A stretch of 64,000 nucleotides of DNA from Tubulanus polymorphus (lineage: Eukaryota > Animalia > Nemertea), in NCBI RefSeq assembly GCF_964204645.1, contig NW_027437431.1, positions 1-64,000 of the forward strand. The letters run 5' to 3'. The notes below the pieces were generated by a model. That model was not told where the DNA came from and made no database searches. It saw nothing but the letters and a program-made list of their open reading frames with translations. Below are positions 1-12,400 of this stretch, piece by piece. Numbering within the stretch: the first letter of the stretch is position 1; every line of letters begins with the position of its first letter. A program made the translations under genes and the position numbers.

Positions 1-506
1 AATGATTTTTCATTATCTAATTCACATTGAATGCCAATATTTGATGAATTTTCATTATAGATAATTTGTTTATTATCAAAATTGAAATAATATAATTGTC
101 TTTTTTCAATTCTTAAGTTAATCAAATCATTGTAATCTTTTGAAAGTATTATATCATCATTTCTTTCATTGAAAGGAGTTTTAAGAATATTAATTATGTT
201 TTCATCTAAAGTTCCTTTAAAATTTAAAACTGTATTGAATACTTTAGGATTTTTAACACCATTATCAAAAGTATCTACTAGTTCAGTGAGTAAATATGTT
301 TCATTTGATAATATTTGATTAATCATAGTTATGTTATCGATTTTATAATGTCTTGCGGACACTAAATTTGTTGCTGAAATATAATTTTTAATGTAAAACT
401 GTGAAAATGATTTATTGGTTTCATTGATTTCGATTTTAAAGTTGGGTTCTTCTTCTTCTGTCTTCATTTCAATAACAAAACTTTTATCAAAATGAATCCA
501 ACGCAT
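1..506 (-). CDS. Unknown AT-rich, Asn/Ile/Lys-rich ORF, open to the window edge (at least 168 aa)
   Basis: ATG at 506-504. My manual translation MRWIHFDKSFVIEMKTEEEEPNFKIEINE...YNENSSNIGIQCELDNEKS has no stop before base 1. No recognisable motif. Confidence 0.35.
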   Translation of the reverse strand, partial: MRWIHFDKSFVIEMKTEEEEPNFKIEINETNKSFSQFYIKNYISATNLVSARHYKIDNITMINQILSNETYLLTELVDTFDNGVKNPKVFNTVLNFKGTLDENIINILKTPFNERNDDIILSKDYNDLINLRIEKRQLYYFNFDNKQIIYNENSSNIGIQCELDNEKS

Positions 507-719
507 ATAAATATAAATATTCAATGATTTATGAATTATTTCACTCACACTTTTTTCTAGCGAGTAAAAATGAAAAATAAATTCGAGCGTGTGAGAATTT
601 ATTTTTAATTTTTATGAGTTTCGCGAGTAATTCAAGTAGAAATTGTTATTATTTTTATGTTTTTCATTTTTTACGAGCTCGACCCTTCGACCTTTGATCT
701 GAAAGCCCATTACCCCTAT

Positions 720-1448
720 TACTGTTGTTGTATCGGCAGGCTGGCTGAAAATGTTTGCACTAGTATTGTCATCTGCGAAATCGAAACAATCATCGTCAGT
801 TACATTGTATGCAAATCCAAGCACATAATCTTTTGAAATTTGAATTGGTTCATTAGTAGGATTCACAATAGTAGCGAAAATTTTACCGTCCGTGATTTTG
901 CATAATGTTTTACCTCCACCTAAACATTTATTCAATAACTTGTGGTTGTATGGTTCAAAAACAACCAATGAACCTTCCGCCAACGTATCGACACTTATTT
1001 GAACTATTTGTTTAGTATTTGGTGAAATAACTATCATGTTAACCGTTTTAGCTTTATTTCTGTACAGCTCTTGTTTATTCCTAAGAATCTTTAATGGAAT
1101 CGAAACATCTTTAAATTCAATTGTGCCTGATGCAAAGTCAATGTTTACATTGTTTTCCTTCAAAAAATCCAGTCCTAGAATGACATCTGTATGTAGCCTA
1201 TCGAATACATAAAAATTATGCGTTAATACATGAGATTGAATGCAAATGGGTACATCAATTCTACCAATTACTGAATGTGCTTCCCCACAAACTCCTCTAA
1301 TAATGTTTATATCCGAATGACTATATATGGGATTTTTGATACACCTTTCGACCGTTGATCTAGCAATACATGAAATTGATGCACCTGTATCGACTAATGC
1401 TCGTTGGGAGTGTTTATTAATATCAACGTTTATAATATTCCGATTCAA
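720..1448 (-). pseudogene. Ty3/Gypsy-type LTR retrotransposon aspartic protease fragment
   Basis: ORF 612..1448 has the retropepsin motifs ALVDTGASISCI and DVILGLDFL. No RT follows, and the C-terminus runs into unrelated AT-rich sequence near 720. Confidence 0.75.
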
Positions 1449-2555
1449 CCCTGAAACTAAGCTTATATCAATCGCATTGATATCAGGTACCCATAATCGA
1501 GATGCTTCTTTGCGACAAACATCCTTACTACAATCACAGGCACTTGAATATGGGCTTTGATAATGGATGAATATTTGATAATTTACCAGCGATACGTCAA
1601 TCCTACTTTAATAGATCCGCCATGTTTTAAAATAAATTTACCCATGATGCAACGCGCGCCGGTCGTTTAGCTATACTATACAGAAAGGCTGGAAACGATC
1701 CTATCTCCGTAATGCTTAAATCTACCCGCAGTTATCGGGACAGCCGAACACTGCCGATGATTGCCGAAGTACGTCCTTAGTGTCAATTTTAATCCTGAAA
1801 TATAGGAGCGCCCATAATTTCAATTGTAGATGATTTTTTGGAAACATTGACACTGTTTTAGCTCCATTAAAGATTTTAAATGGCAACAAAATTGATTTTT
1901 GAAAATTCGCGATGCCTCTTCGGGATTGCTGTGACGTCATCTGTCCCGATAATCCCGTGAATAAGGAAATATACCTATCAATATATATATACATATATAT
2001 ATCTATTTTCTTTGCATCATTGATCAATAAGCTATATACCTGTATATTAACTCATTGTTAAATTTGACAAAATAAAAATAAAAAATCAATTCTCAGAAAA
2101 CGAGCACAATTCGACCAGATTCGTGACTTGAATAGATTCATATGAAAGTTTGAAATCTCACTGAATCTCATTGAATGGTGCTAAATCGGAAAACTGGAAT
2201 CGAATGAAGCTAAGGGAGCCACCGAAAACCGAACAAAACCAGAATGTCCACACAACTAAAACTAAAAAGTACATTGAACTAGCAACTGATAATATTCTCA
2301 TTATATATCATGGGAGGAAGCTAAGTTATGTAATATCTCGGATGTATGTAATTCGCTTCTGTGGTCAGTGGACAGCAGCTACGAAACATCAGGTATGGTA
2401 CTAGCTGTCAAGAACATGGCCATGATCTGTTGTCAACGGCTACAGGAAACGTGCGACTCGATACTGTACACAGTTTGTAGCATGATCTTGCGTAGACTGG
2501 CTCAAAATAGGCCTTTAGGTTGGTTTCCCCTTGGTAAAACTGAGCGAGATTATAT

Positions 2556-2925
2556 CAGGCCCGTAACCAGGGAGGGGGGAGGAGGCAGGGCACCTCCACA
2601 CAAAATCTAGAAATCCACTATTTTTTGTCAAAGAAAATTTCTCAAGACTTGATTTCACGTCTCTCTTCTCTCGCTTGCCCACATTCATATAACTATGATA
2701 TGGATATAGCCCGTTATAAAAAATAGCCAGTCTCCATAAACGAAGGATGAGACTCCAGTATATGTTATTGGAGTAAGACCTACTTAATACAAACTTATTC
2801 TGAATATGTTTCGAGGATCAATTACATTTTTTTCAATGCGCTCGCATTGGCCACGGACGCAATCAAATAAGTTCCACCCTCTTTAAATTTAAACCCACCC
2901 AAAAGAGAGGCTGCGTACGGGCCTG
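2556..2925. mobile_element. MITE / non-autonomous DNA transposon
   Basis: Terminal inverted repeats CAGGCCCGTA...TACGGGCCTG, flanked on both sides by TATAT. Confidence 0.6.
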
Positions 2926-3278
2926 TATATCTCTTGTTATCTTATTCCATGACAGTGAATGAATGTTTAGACCATCTAATCTTTATAGCGTGTTAAATTT
3001 CGATGAAAGTATATTATTAATTATGGCTATATTTTGAGAGAAACATACAACAGTATTGAAAAAGTATTCAACCCCAGTGCAATTTCTCAAAATCAAACTT
3101 GTTTTCTAGGACTTAGATAAACCACTAGTTTTAAATTTTGACCTGAAGGTGAATACATTAGATTTTTTTGTACATTTCAATTCTCCATTAAGTAAACCAC
3201 CAATCAAGAGTCAAAATTTGTGTAAATGAGGTTTCATTTTGAGCTCCAGATTGCCGCTCGCCGCTACGCCGCTCGCCG

Positions 3279-3918
3279 CTACCGCGTCCCCATTGATTGA
3301 AGAGGTTTGTCGAGGCTTTCTTGCGGTATACCATCGTTTAGTATATAATTAACTGAGGGCCTAGGACGCCGGCTAGGGATAGGACGCCTACTGCGCCAAG
3401 TCAGCTGTAGTTTCCCATCTATGGCTTCTTGATCAATAACGCGTTCCTCCAGTAATTTGAACAGGGCATTTTCTACATTAGTGTTCGTACCTGATGACTT
3501 CAACGACTTAACCGATTTTTCGACATCGCTTATCTTTATGGTAAACTCATTTCGTAACTGGCCTACGACAGAATCAATTCTAAAATCGATAGTTTTTTCA
3601 ATCTCGGATCTGGAGTGTTGGATCTCCTCTCTCAGTAGGTTGAACTTCCTATCGATTTTCTTTTCGATGGTTTTTTCATCCCCCTGATCTCATATAGCAC
3701 ATCGTTCAATGTAAGCGCATCCTCGTCGTCGCTGTAGTCCGATGCTTATTCATTTTCCGAGGAAATTGGTTCATCTGGAGCGTTCTGGACGGTAACGACT
3801 TTTTAGCGGGAGGGGTGTTATTTGCCCCAAATGAGCCACGTTTTGAACTTTTGGTCGACTGAGTTTGCGGAGTATTATGGTTTTTACCTTTGTCCTTTTT
3901 CCCGTTTGCAGGCATCAC
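3279..3918 (-). pseudogene. Probable degenerate LINE ORF1 N-terminus (basic, low-complexity segment then coiled coil)
   Basis: Broken minus-strand frames: a basic start MMPANGKKDKGK... followed by a heptad-like segment. No catalytic motif. Confidence 0.25.
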
Positions 3919-4287
3919 GAAATAAACGGTAATACTGCTTGTGAAGAGATTTCTAGTGCATTCACTACTTAGTTTCGAGCGGGTTTATAGCTTCATTCAT
4001 GCGTGACGGAATTTCGCCTATGTCGCGTCTATTGGTAATGATCGGGTCTGCAATGGCGAGAATTACTAAGTCCAATAGCGAATAAAATCACGAAGTTTTC
4101 TAATGTATTTTACAAGTCACCATATTGCGCAAAACTCACAAAATTCATGCATACACATCTCCCGAGATTTACGTACTTTCTCTTGTCCAATCCTTGTGAG
4201 TGTCAGATGTCATATCAAAGGAATTTTGCAAATATTTTCGGACGACATACACACTTTGCGTCTACATACACGCCGCCATTTTGCCCA

Positions 4288-4416
4288 GGATTTTGCTCAG
4301 GATTGTAGATATAGATATTGTCTACGAGTAGAATCGGTCGACAATTAGGATTGTAGACATAGTCGACGAGTAAAATCGGTCGACAATCAGGATTGTAGAC
4401 ATTGTTGACGAGTAAA
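4288..4416. repeat. Short tandem repeat, about 42-50 bp, 3 copies
   Basis: CAGGATTGTAGA...GACGAGTA(G/A)AATCGGTCGACAAT recurs. Confidence 0.6.
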
Positions 4417-5170
4417 TGGGGCTAATTCTCCAGCATTACGTCATAATGCTCGGGATTCCATGAGAAGAGATCACTTCCGGAGTCACTGAGGTCCAACTTC
4501 CTTGTGGGTGACGGACCTATTTTGAGAGTGCTCTCATCAAAATTATTTTGGTTCGTTATCGGTGGTCATCTACTGTTGTAAGGTGAAAAATATTATATAT
4601 TTATATTTGTTTACTTTTTCTTTACCTACTGTTGTAAGGTATGTTTATGCCATGGCGGCTCATAATAAATTAGATTTACTTGACATTGGGTCAGAAATTA
4701 CGGTCGCCAATGAGGACGAGTCAGCTTGTTCTGCTGGTCTTGTGGCTGACGAAATGTCGGTTCAACAGGCTATTGATAAAGGACGGAGTCAGTCTTTTCT
4801 CCTTCTGTCTGACTATTATGGGTCTTCAAATAAGAACACTCAGGCTGTAAGTGTTGATAAAAAAGATAAGGACAAAGCCGCTAAACTGAAAGTTATTCCT
4901 AAAATTGCTCGTCGAGTTGTTAGGTCAAAAAGCTCAGGTTCAGCTCAACCAGAGACTTTATCTGAAAGTCATGTCGATCCTGTTATAACAGAGTTTTTAG
5001 AGATGAAAAAGAGACCTGAGGCTTTAGAGTCTTAATATTTGCAAAATGATTATGATCGGTTACAGGATCATTGTATACGAGTATATCAATATGGCGGCTT
5101 AGAGTCAGACGCACAAATTTCGTGCTCGTTATATTTTCTCAATAATCGTTGTCCAAGTGATCGTAAGACA

Positions 5171-6565
5171 ATGGATGCTGTGCAAGAATCGTTATTAATA
5201 AGAGAGAATTCTGTTAAATTCAGCCTCAGTCAGTTTGGGAAGCAGAAGTTAGGACATCTGGATGTAGTAAATGCGTTAGCGAAATATAAAATTGACGTGA
5301 GTAAAATCCTGTCGATTCAGTTAACTAACTCTAACTGTATAATCACAGCCACTGACAAGGAAACAAAAAATCGTTTATCAAAGCTCCAACTTGTTATCAT
5401 GGATCGGCAAGTTAATTTCACCGATGTGGATGTTAATTACATTAATGTTAAGATAGTTGACGCTCCGATTGAAATGGACGACAAGGTGATCGTTGCGTTT
5501 TTATTGAAATACGGAGATTACGTGGACGGATCAATTAAAAGAGGTGTCATAAAAGGAACTCAGATATTTACAGGTACAAGGTATCTCCAGCTTCGTAACC
5601 TTGCAAACGTTATGCCGACATTTACAAAAATTGGAAATTTTCCAGTGAGATTGGATTGCGACTCTATATGTCATCTCTGTCTGAATTGTGATCACAATTC
5701 TTCAAATTGCCCGCGCCGACCGAACAATCGTTTATGTCACAACTGTAAATCGGCAGATCATTTTAAACGCGATTGTCCGTTGTTGAATGACCATGCTAAA
5801 CAAGAGAGTATTGGTCACCCGGTCACTGAAAGAGCTAATCTCCCAGGACCTGAAAGCACGCAAACAAGTGTAGAATCCGATAGAAACCAATCGCCTGATG
5901 TTGTCATTATTGGAGATTCGAACATGCGAGATCTCCAGTATCCACATAGTAGCAGCGCTGTCATCCACCATTCTGGAGCAGCCGCTGAAAATATTCAGTC
6001 GCTTTTAGAAAAAGCATCATCCCAAATACCGAATCTAGAATCCGTTAAGGAGGTCATCGTTCACATTGGTACCAATGACGTCAATCGCAACAAGTCCGAT
6101 ACCGATGCTATCAAAATGAACATTACCTTCGCCATCGCCAAAGTTCAGGAAAACTTTCCTTCCGCAAAAATATCACTTTCAAGTATCTTCCCTAAGAAAG
6201 GGAACTCAAACGCTGCGAGGGATTTCAATACTGCCGCCTGCGCAGTTAATTCATACATGGGGCGATTCTGCTCCAAACAGAACATCCTATTCATTGATAA
6301 TGACATCATTCTGAAACCCCACGGGGCTTTAAGAGATAGGTTTTACAACATTAGTGACAAATCGGGGATTCATTTGAACGAACTCGGGAAATCAACTGTT
6401 GCGAAGAACTTTGAATCGATGATCACTGCGATTACTACTGAAAACCACACTGAAGTTTTCAGTACCCCTGTGAATACAACGAAAAGAAAAGATCGATCTG
6501 AATCACAGACGCCACCAAGCGCAGGGAAAATAACCAAAAAGCCTTATATCGATGATGATCAATAA
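5171..6565 (+). CDS. LINE ORF1 with two CCHC zinc knuckles and an SGNH/GDSL esterase domain
   Basis: Knuckles CHLCLNCDHNSSNC and CHNCKSADHFKRDC. Esterase blocks IIGDSN, HIGTND and DKSGIHLN. First ATG inside the element is at 5171. Confidence 0.8.
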   Translation: MDAVQESLLIRENSVKFSLSQFGKQKLGHLDVVNALAKYKIDVSKILSIQLTNSNCIITATDKETKNRLSKLQLVIMDRQVNFTDVDVNYINVKIVDAPIEMDDKVIVAFLLKYGDYVDGSIKRGVIKGTQIFTGTRYLQLRNLANVMPTFTKIGNFPVRLDCDSICHLCLNCDHNSSNCPRRPNNRLCHNCKSADHFKRDCPLLNDHAKQESIGHPVTERANLPGPESTQTSVESDRNQSPDVVIIGDSNMRDLQYPHSSSAVIHHSGAAAENIQSLLEKASSQIPNLESVKEVIVHIGTNDVNRNKSDTDAIKMNITFAIAKVQENFPSAKISLSSIFPKKGNSNAARDFNTAACAVNSYMGRFCSKQNILFIDNDIILKPHGALRDRFYNISDKSGIHLNELGKSTVAKNFESMITAITTENHTEVFSTPVNTTKRKDRSESQTPPSAGKITKKPYIDDDQ

Positions 6566-6567
6566 CT

Positions 6568-9486
6568 ATGTTTGTACATGTTATGCATGACATTCCAGAC
6601 CTGATAGATAATTGTAATTACTATTTTTCGTCCGATTTCAACTTGAAATCGCACGATGACTTATTTAGTGTGTTTCATTCTAACATCCGAAGTGCCAAGA
6701 AAAATTTCGACTCGTTAGCTGACTACCTACATTTATTAAAGTTCAAATTTTCTGTAATCGGTCTGACTGAAACGTGGACTGATACTAATCACCCAAATGA
6801 ATGTTTATATAATCTGCCTGGCTATTCCGGTGTTTACCAGAGCAGGCTTAATAAAAAAGGAGGCGGAGTTGGTATTCTGGTTAATAATACTATTCCGTTT
6901 AAACGAAGGGAAGACCTCCATTTAGCAGAATCTCTCATTATAGAGATTCCACAAAGTAAATCATGCATGAAAACTGTTATCGGCGTTGTATATCGTGCAC
7001 CTGATACAAGTATAGCGGCACTTTTATCTGATTTTGAACAATTTGTAAGCCAAGTCGACAATGAAAAGCTACGTGTTATTATATTAGGTGACTTTAATAT
7101 TTATTTCGGTAAATACGGTGATAATTCACCAAATGATTCTTTCTTTAACTATGCAATAAGTAATTCTTTTTTCCCGCATATAAATTTACCAACTCGAGTA
7201 ACAGATACTACATCAACTGTTATTGACCATATATTGACCAATTTTAACGACAATTGCCAATCTCAAAGTGGTGTTTTCTTAGTTGATATATCAGACCACT
7301 ACCCAATTTTTGCTAGTTTTAACTGTATCTATAAAAGACATAAAACAAGTAATAATACTAAGTTAATCCATGATATAAATCCTAGGACCATTGAAAATTT
7401 CTCCCGTTCTTTGCTGACCAATGATTGGCAAAGTGTGTACGAGTATAGTGACCCTGAAGCGTCATGCACGGAATTTTATAAGATTATTAACAATTGTTTT
7501 GAGACGAGTTTTCCAATTAAATCTATACGTGATAAATCAAATTATAGCCATAAGCCGTGGATTACCACGGGAATAAAAAAATCGATTCGTTTCAAGGAAA
7601 AACTGTATAAAAAGTACTTACGAAAACGGACTAAAGAGAGGAAAGATAAATATAATAGACATAGAAATATTCTTAATTCTGTCATCAAGAAGAGTAAATA
7701 TTCATTTTATAGGGACAAATTTATAGCATGTAAATTAAACCCTAGAGAAATATGGCGAAACGTTAATTCTCTACTTAACAAAGGTAAACAAAATCCTGAG
7801 ATTAACTCAGAATTTCTTCTTAATGATAAAGTTCTAAAAAATGAGCAAGAAATTGCTGAAAGTTTCAATGAGTATTTTGTAAACGCTGCGCGGTCATTGG
7901 AATCTCAAATACCTATTTCCGAGAAAAACTTTAAAGATTACTTAGGTGAAAATGTATGTGAAAATTTTTTCCTCTCACCAACATGTACCCAGGAAATTGA
8001 ATTAATTGTCTCTAATTTCAAGTCAAAACCTTCAAGTGGCTTTGATAACATAAGTATGAAGTTACTTAAATCGATTATTTCTATAATTTCACAACCTCTA
8101 TGCCATATATTCAATTGCAGTTTCACTTCAGGGCAAGTGCCCAGTGCATTCAAAATAGCTCATGTTACTCCAATCTATAAAAGTGGAAATAATAATCTAT
8201 TCAGTAATTACCGTCCTATTTCCGTCTTGCCGTCTATATCAAAAATATTGGAAAAAATCGTATATGACAGACTTAACAAATTTTTTGAAAAACTCAAACT
8301 TTTTAATCAACACCAATTTGGTTTCAGGAAAAAGTACTCAACTACACTCGCTTATCTAGTGCCCTTGATAAGGGCCTTTTTACTGCAGGGGTATTTATTG
8401 ACCTGTCAAAGGCATTTGACACCCTTAAGTTTGATATCCTGATTTCTAAACTTGAGCACTATGGAATTCGTGGCATTCCGCTAAACTGGTTTCAAAGTTA
8501 TATCACAGGTCGAAAACAAGCGGTCAAGTATAAAAATGCTTTATCCTTAACTGCGGATATAACATCCGGTGTTCCACAAGGTTCCATACTAGGACCTATT
8601 TTGTTTCTAGTATACATAAACGACTGTCCTAATGCTTGTAAATTATTAGACTCTATATTTTTTGCTGACGATAGCAACTTTTTTTGTAGTAACTCTAATT
8701 ATAAAAAGTTAGAGGGCATTCTTAACCGAGAGTTAAATCAGCTCCTCAACTGGTTTAGAGCGAATCGATCGCCTTTCCGTTAATATAGATAAAACAAATT
8801 AAATTATTTTTGGCAACAGATTTTTTCCGGATCTAAATATACGCTTAGATGGTCAACCGATAAAAAGAGTAACAAGCACAAAATTTCTAGGCATAATTTT
8901 TGATCAAACTTTAACATGGAAGGAACACATCAATTTTGTTTGTAAAAAAGTCTCACGTGGCATTGGCATCATTAACCGGTTGAAAAATTTCTTATCTCCA
9001 GACATTTTGAAAAATTTATACCATTGTTTTGTCCATTCACATTTGGATTATGCCAATGTTATATGGGGAAATGCTTGTTGTACCTATTTAAACCCTCTTT
9101 TTGTTCTCCAGAAAAGAGCAATACGTACTGTAACGCATTCTGACTGGTTAGAACACACGTCACCAATTTTCAAAAGACTCAAAATCCTGAAATTATGTGA
9201 TATTTATAAACAACAGCTTGGAACTTTCACCTTCTGTCAAATTAATAATTTGTTACCTGACCTTTTTGAAGATTTCTTCATTTTTCGGCGTACTAGACCT
9301 AATTGGCGCAACACGCGCAGAATCAATGATCTTTTCATCGAATTTTCCAAAACTAATATAAAATCTAGAAGTATTAAAATTCAAGGTGCAAAATACTGGA
9401 ACAATCTACCATCTGAATTGAAAAATCAGCCCCATTTAAGTATATTTCGTTACAGTCTCAGAAGTCTGCTCTTGTCTAATTACTAG
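6568..9486 (+). pseudogene. LINE ORF2 (APE endonuclease plus reverse transcriptase), frameshifted
   Basis: APE motifs GLTETW, GGGVG, VYRAP, LGDFN, IDHI, SDHYP. RT motifs NYRPISVLP, QFGFR, DLSKAFD, GVPQGSILGP, FADD. Frameshifts or stops near 8355 and 8770-8800. Confidence 0.85.
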
Positions 9487-12400
9487 TAACCATGATTGTG
9501 TGTTCTGACTTCAAGTCTAATTTATATTTATATCTTTTAGAGTGTCTCTAGTAACGTATGTGTGTGGTGTGCGTATGATTGCGAGAATGTGAGCGTATGT
9601 GGTGAGGGATTTCAGACTAGTATAAGCCTTATTGGCTTTTCTTCAATTCCTCGCATAAATTATTGTTACACCGACTATATATTATGTAATAACTATTATG
9701 CTATAATCCTTGTACCAATTATTCATGCAAAATAAATCAAATCGAATTGTGATTTGGGTGATGAGCTCAATGCGTCTGACCAATTTGCGGCTATTTTTTT
9801 CCAAGATAAAGATCGTAATAATAACGTCCAGTTACATGAGGACAATGACTTTATGACCTGTATTACGTCAGAGATGGAGGGTCTTAAAAATGTCGGACCC
9901 CCAACAAAAAATCTACAGTTAGCACAAGCCGTTGATAAACTGATGACAGGGTTTAGGGGAGAGATAATTTTGATATTAAGAAGGATTTGTTCGATAAATT
10001 GGAGAAATCCGTTAGGCAGTATGCTTGCCCTGAAAATGTTCCGAGTTTGGCCGTCGCTAAAGTAAATCAGCCAATTTGTTCTAAGCTAACTAAAGAGTCG
10101 GCTGCTTTCGATTTAAAGTGTCAGAAGATTCAGAATTATAACCTATGAGGTATTACTGCGGTCACACAATGGATCTTTTATCGGGTCTAGAACCTTTAGA
10201 CAAAAATACCTTAGGTATGACGTTATATCACTCCTTGAGTCTCTTTGCGCAAAGCAACTATGAAATGAATTTAAGACGTCGGGAACTATTGAAGCGTGGA
10301 TTTAACGATGTTTATAAGCCAATCTGGCTCCCCTCAAATCCTATTGGGAAAGATCTTTTCGGGGATCAACTTGATGACAACTTGAGTTGCGAGACATAGA
10401 AAGGTCAAGTCGTATGGTTACGAAGATGGTAGATCGAGGTCGTGGGAACTATCGATCTAGAGGTTATGGAAACGGGAGATTCCAGCCATATAGAAGGCCT
10501 GCTTATTCCAATTTCCCTAAACAGGATTTTTGGAAAAGAGGTCAACATCAGAGGAAACAATAAGTTCTCAATTACCATCTGTTGCTGGCCAAATTAAACA
10601 TTTTTTTCTCCTTCTGGGAGACTTTAACTTCTGACAAATCAATTTTGAATTTGGTTTTGGGTTATAACATTGAATGGAATTCGATGCCTCCTAATCAATT
10701 TTTTCCACCGCGTTCAATTAGTTTCAATGAGGTTGAAACTTCTGCTATTGACTCACTATTATCAGATTTTTCGAGTCGTGGAATTATTGAATTGGCTTCA
10801 CCTGACAGGGGTCAATTTTTATCAAATATTTTCGTCGTTCCGAAAAAATGGATCATTCAGACTTATTTCAAATTTGACTTGTTTAAACAAACATGTTCAA
10901 ACATTATCATTTTAAAATGAACTCTTTGAAATCAGTTCTTAGTCCTATGACTCCAGGTTGTTTCATGGCCTCTCTTGATTTGAAAGATGCCTATTATTCT
11001 GTCAATATTGCTTGAAGTGATCGGAAATATCTTCGATTCATTTGGAAGGGTCAACTTTTTTCAGTATACCTGCCTTCCAAACGGAATTTCATCGGCGCCA
11101 AGAATTTTTTACCAGGCTTCTGAAGCCTGTTTTTACTCCCCTTCGAGAATTGGGGTATAATTCCGCAGATTACATTGATGATATTTAAATGCAAGGAGAT
11201 GACGAGCCTTGTTGCGATGATAATGTATGTGTTACAGAAAAACTATTAGTAAATTGTGGTTATGTTATAAATTCGGTTAAATCGGAAAAGAAATCTAGTA
11301 CTCAGAGAAAATGGATTTTGGATGAGTTCCATTACTTGGAAAGTTTTTCTTGGCCAGGCCAAAGTCCATAAGGTTGTGAATGAATGCAGATTATTATTAG
11401 ATACTTCATAACCTTCAATACATCACATAGCCAAAGTTGTCGGAATTTTGGTTTCTGTTTTACCTGCTGTTGTTGGGGTGGAAACGAGTTGCCGGAAACC
11501 ATAAAACTTGAATATTTTGTGTACAACGTGATTTTTGCTAGCTTCTATATTGAAATCACCGATAACTACAATAGGAACATTCATGAATGGTGTTGCTTGA
11601 ATGAGTTGTTCAATGAGATACTTTGTTACATGGAAGTTACGAACTTGCTCTGGAGTTATGTAGACAGTAGCAATAAGTAACTGCATAGAGCTAGTACGGG
11701 TGCAATCAAGTATTCCAGGTTGGGAATTGGTAGATGCTTAAATGTGAACATAGGTAACGTGTTACGCCAGTAAAATGCAATACCACCATGACATTTCCAT
11801 TTCCTTGTTGATTTATCCAGAATGTGATTGTTGTAGGAGTCGATAGGGTCAGCACGTGATATCAGAAAATGATTGAGGGAATAGAAATTGCCGTCGTCTG
11901 AAGGACGACTCCAAGTTTCTGTGAGGGAAATCATATGTGCATGTAGAAAAATATCGTCATTCTGAAAATCATTGATATGGGCAGCCTGCGATTGTATGTT
12001 GAGATAAGCAATAGTAAAGGCCATGTAAGAAGGTTGCTGTAATATATGTGCATGAGGAATCTGTAAACTGTTGTACATCTTCATATCAGCAAGATGGTTC
12101 ATAGTTTCCTGATAAGCCCGTAATTTATTACTATCAAAATCCAGTAAGAAAATACCCTGGGGGCTAGAAACTCTGCTTAGAACTACATACAGTTGGCCAT
12201 CTTGATATCGACCTTCACAAGATATCACTACTTCAGATTAAGTTTGACCTTGAACTTTATAGGTCGTACATGCCCATGCTAGAACTAAAGGGAATAGGTA
12301 TCTAGATAAATCTGCTTTAGAACGTAAATTGAATTTCCCTTCTTCACGCTTGATAGGGACAGCTGATCTGTTATGATGGAGGAGAGCCATTTGCAATCTA

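Larger units (their letters stand above)
5075..9745 (+). mobile_element. Near-full-length non-LTR retrotransposon (CR1/L2 group)
   Basis: ORF1 plus ORF2, a 3' AATAAA with an (AAATC)-type tail, and a 5-bp target duplication ATTGT (5070-5074 and 9746-9750). Confidence 0.85.
4652..11340 (+). mobile_element. Degenerate DIRS-type (tyrosine-recombinase) retrotransposon, gag plus RT, interrupted by a LINE and truncated by a Helentron
   Basis: The gag-like frame 4652-5074 rejoins in frame at 9751 (..QDHC|DLGDEL..GPPTK). RT motifs across broken frames at 10580-11340: FWETLTSD, SNIFVVPKKNGSFRLISNL, HFKM, ASLDLKDAYYSV, CLPNGISSAPRIF, YIDD. Confidence 0.75.

Noticed and set aside
3253-3284. GCCGCTCGCCGCTACGCCGCTCGCCGCTAC resembling the viral hairpin loop
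   Set aside because: Short low-complexity repeat 35 kb away from the array, with no evidence of a relationship.
4288-4416. Repeats here and at 35455-35712 and 31130-32760 as possible CRISPR arrays
   Set aside because: No unique spacers, no cas genes, and a eukaryotic context.
5039-5170. N-terminal extension of the 508-aa ORF
   Set aside because: It starts at TTG and crosses the LINE insertion boundary, so it is a chance fusion.
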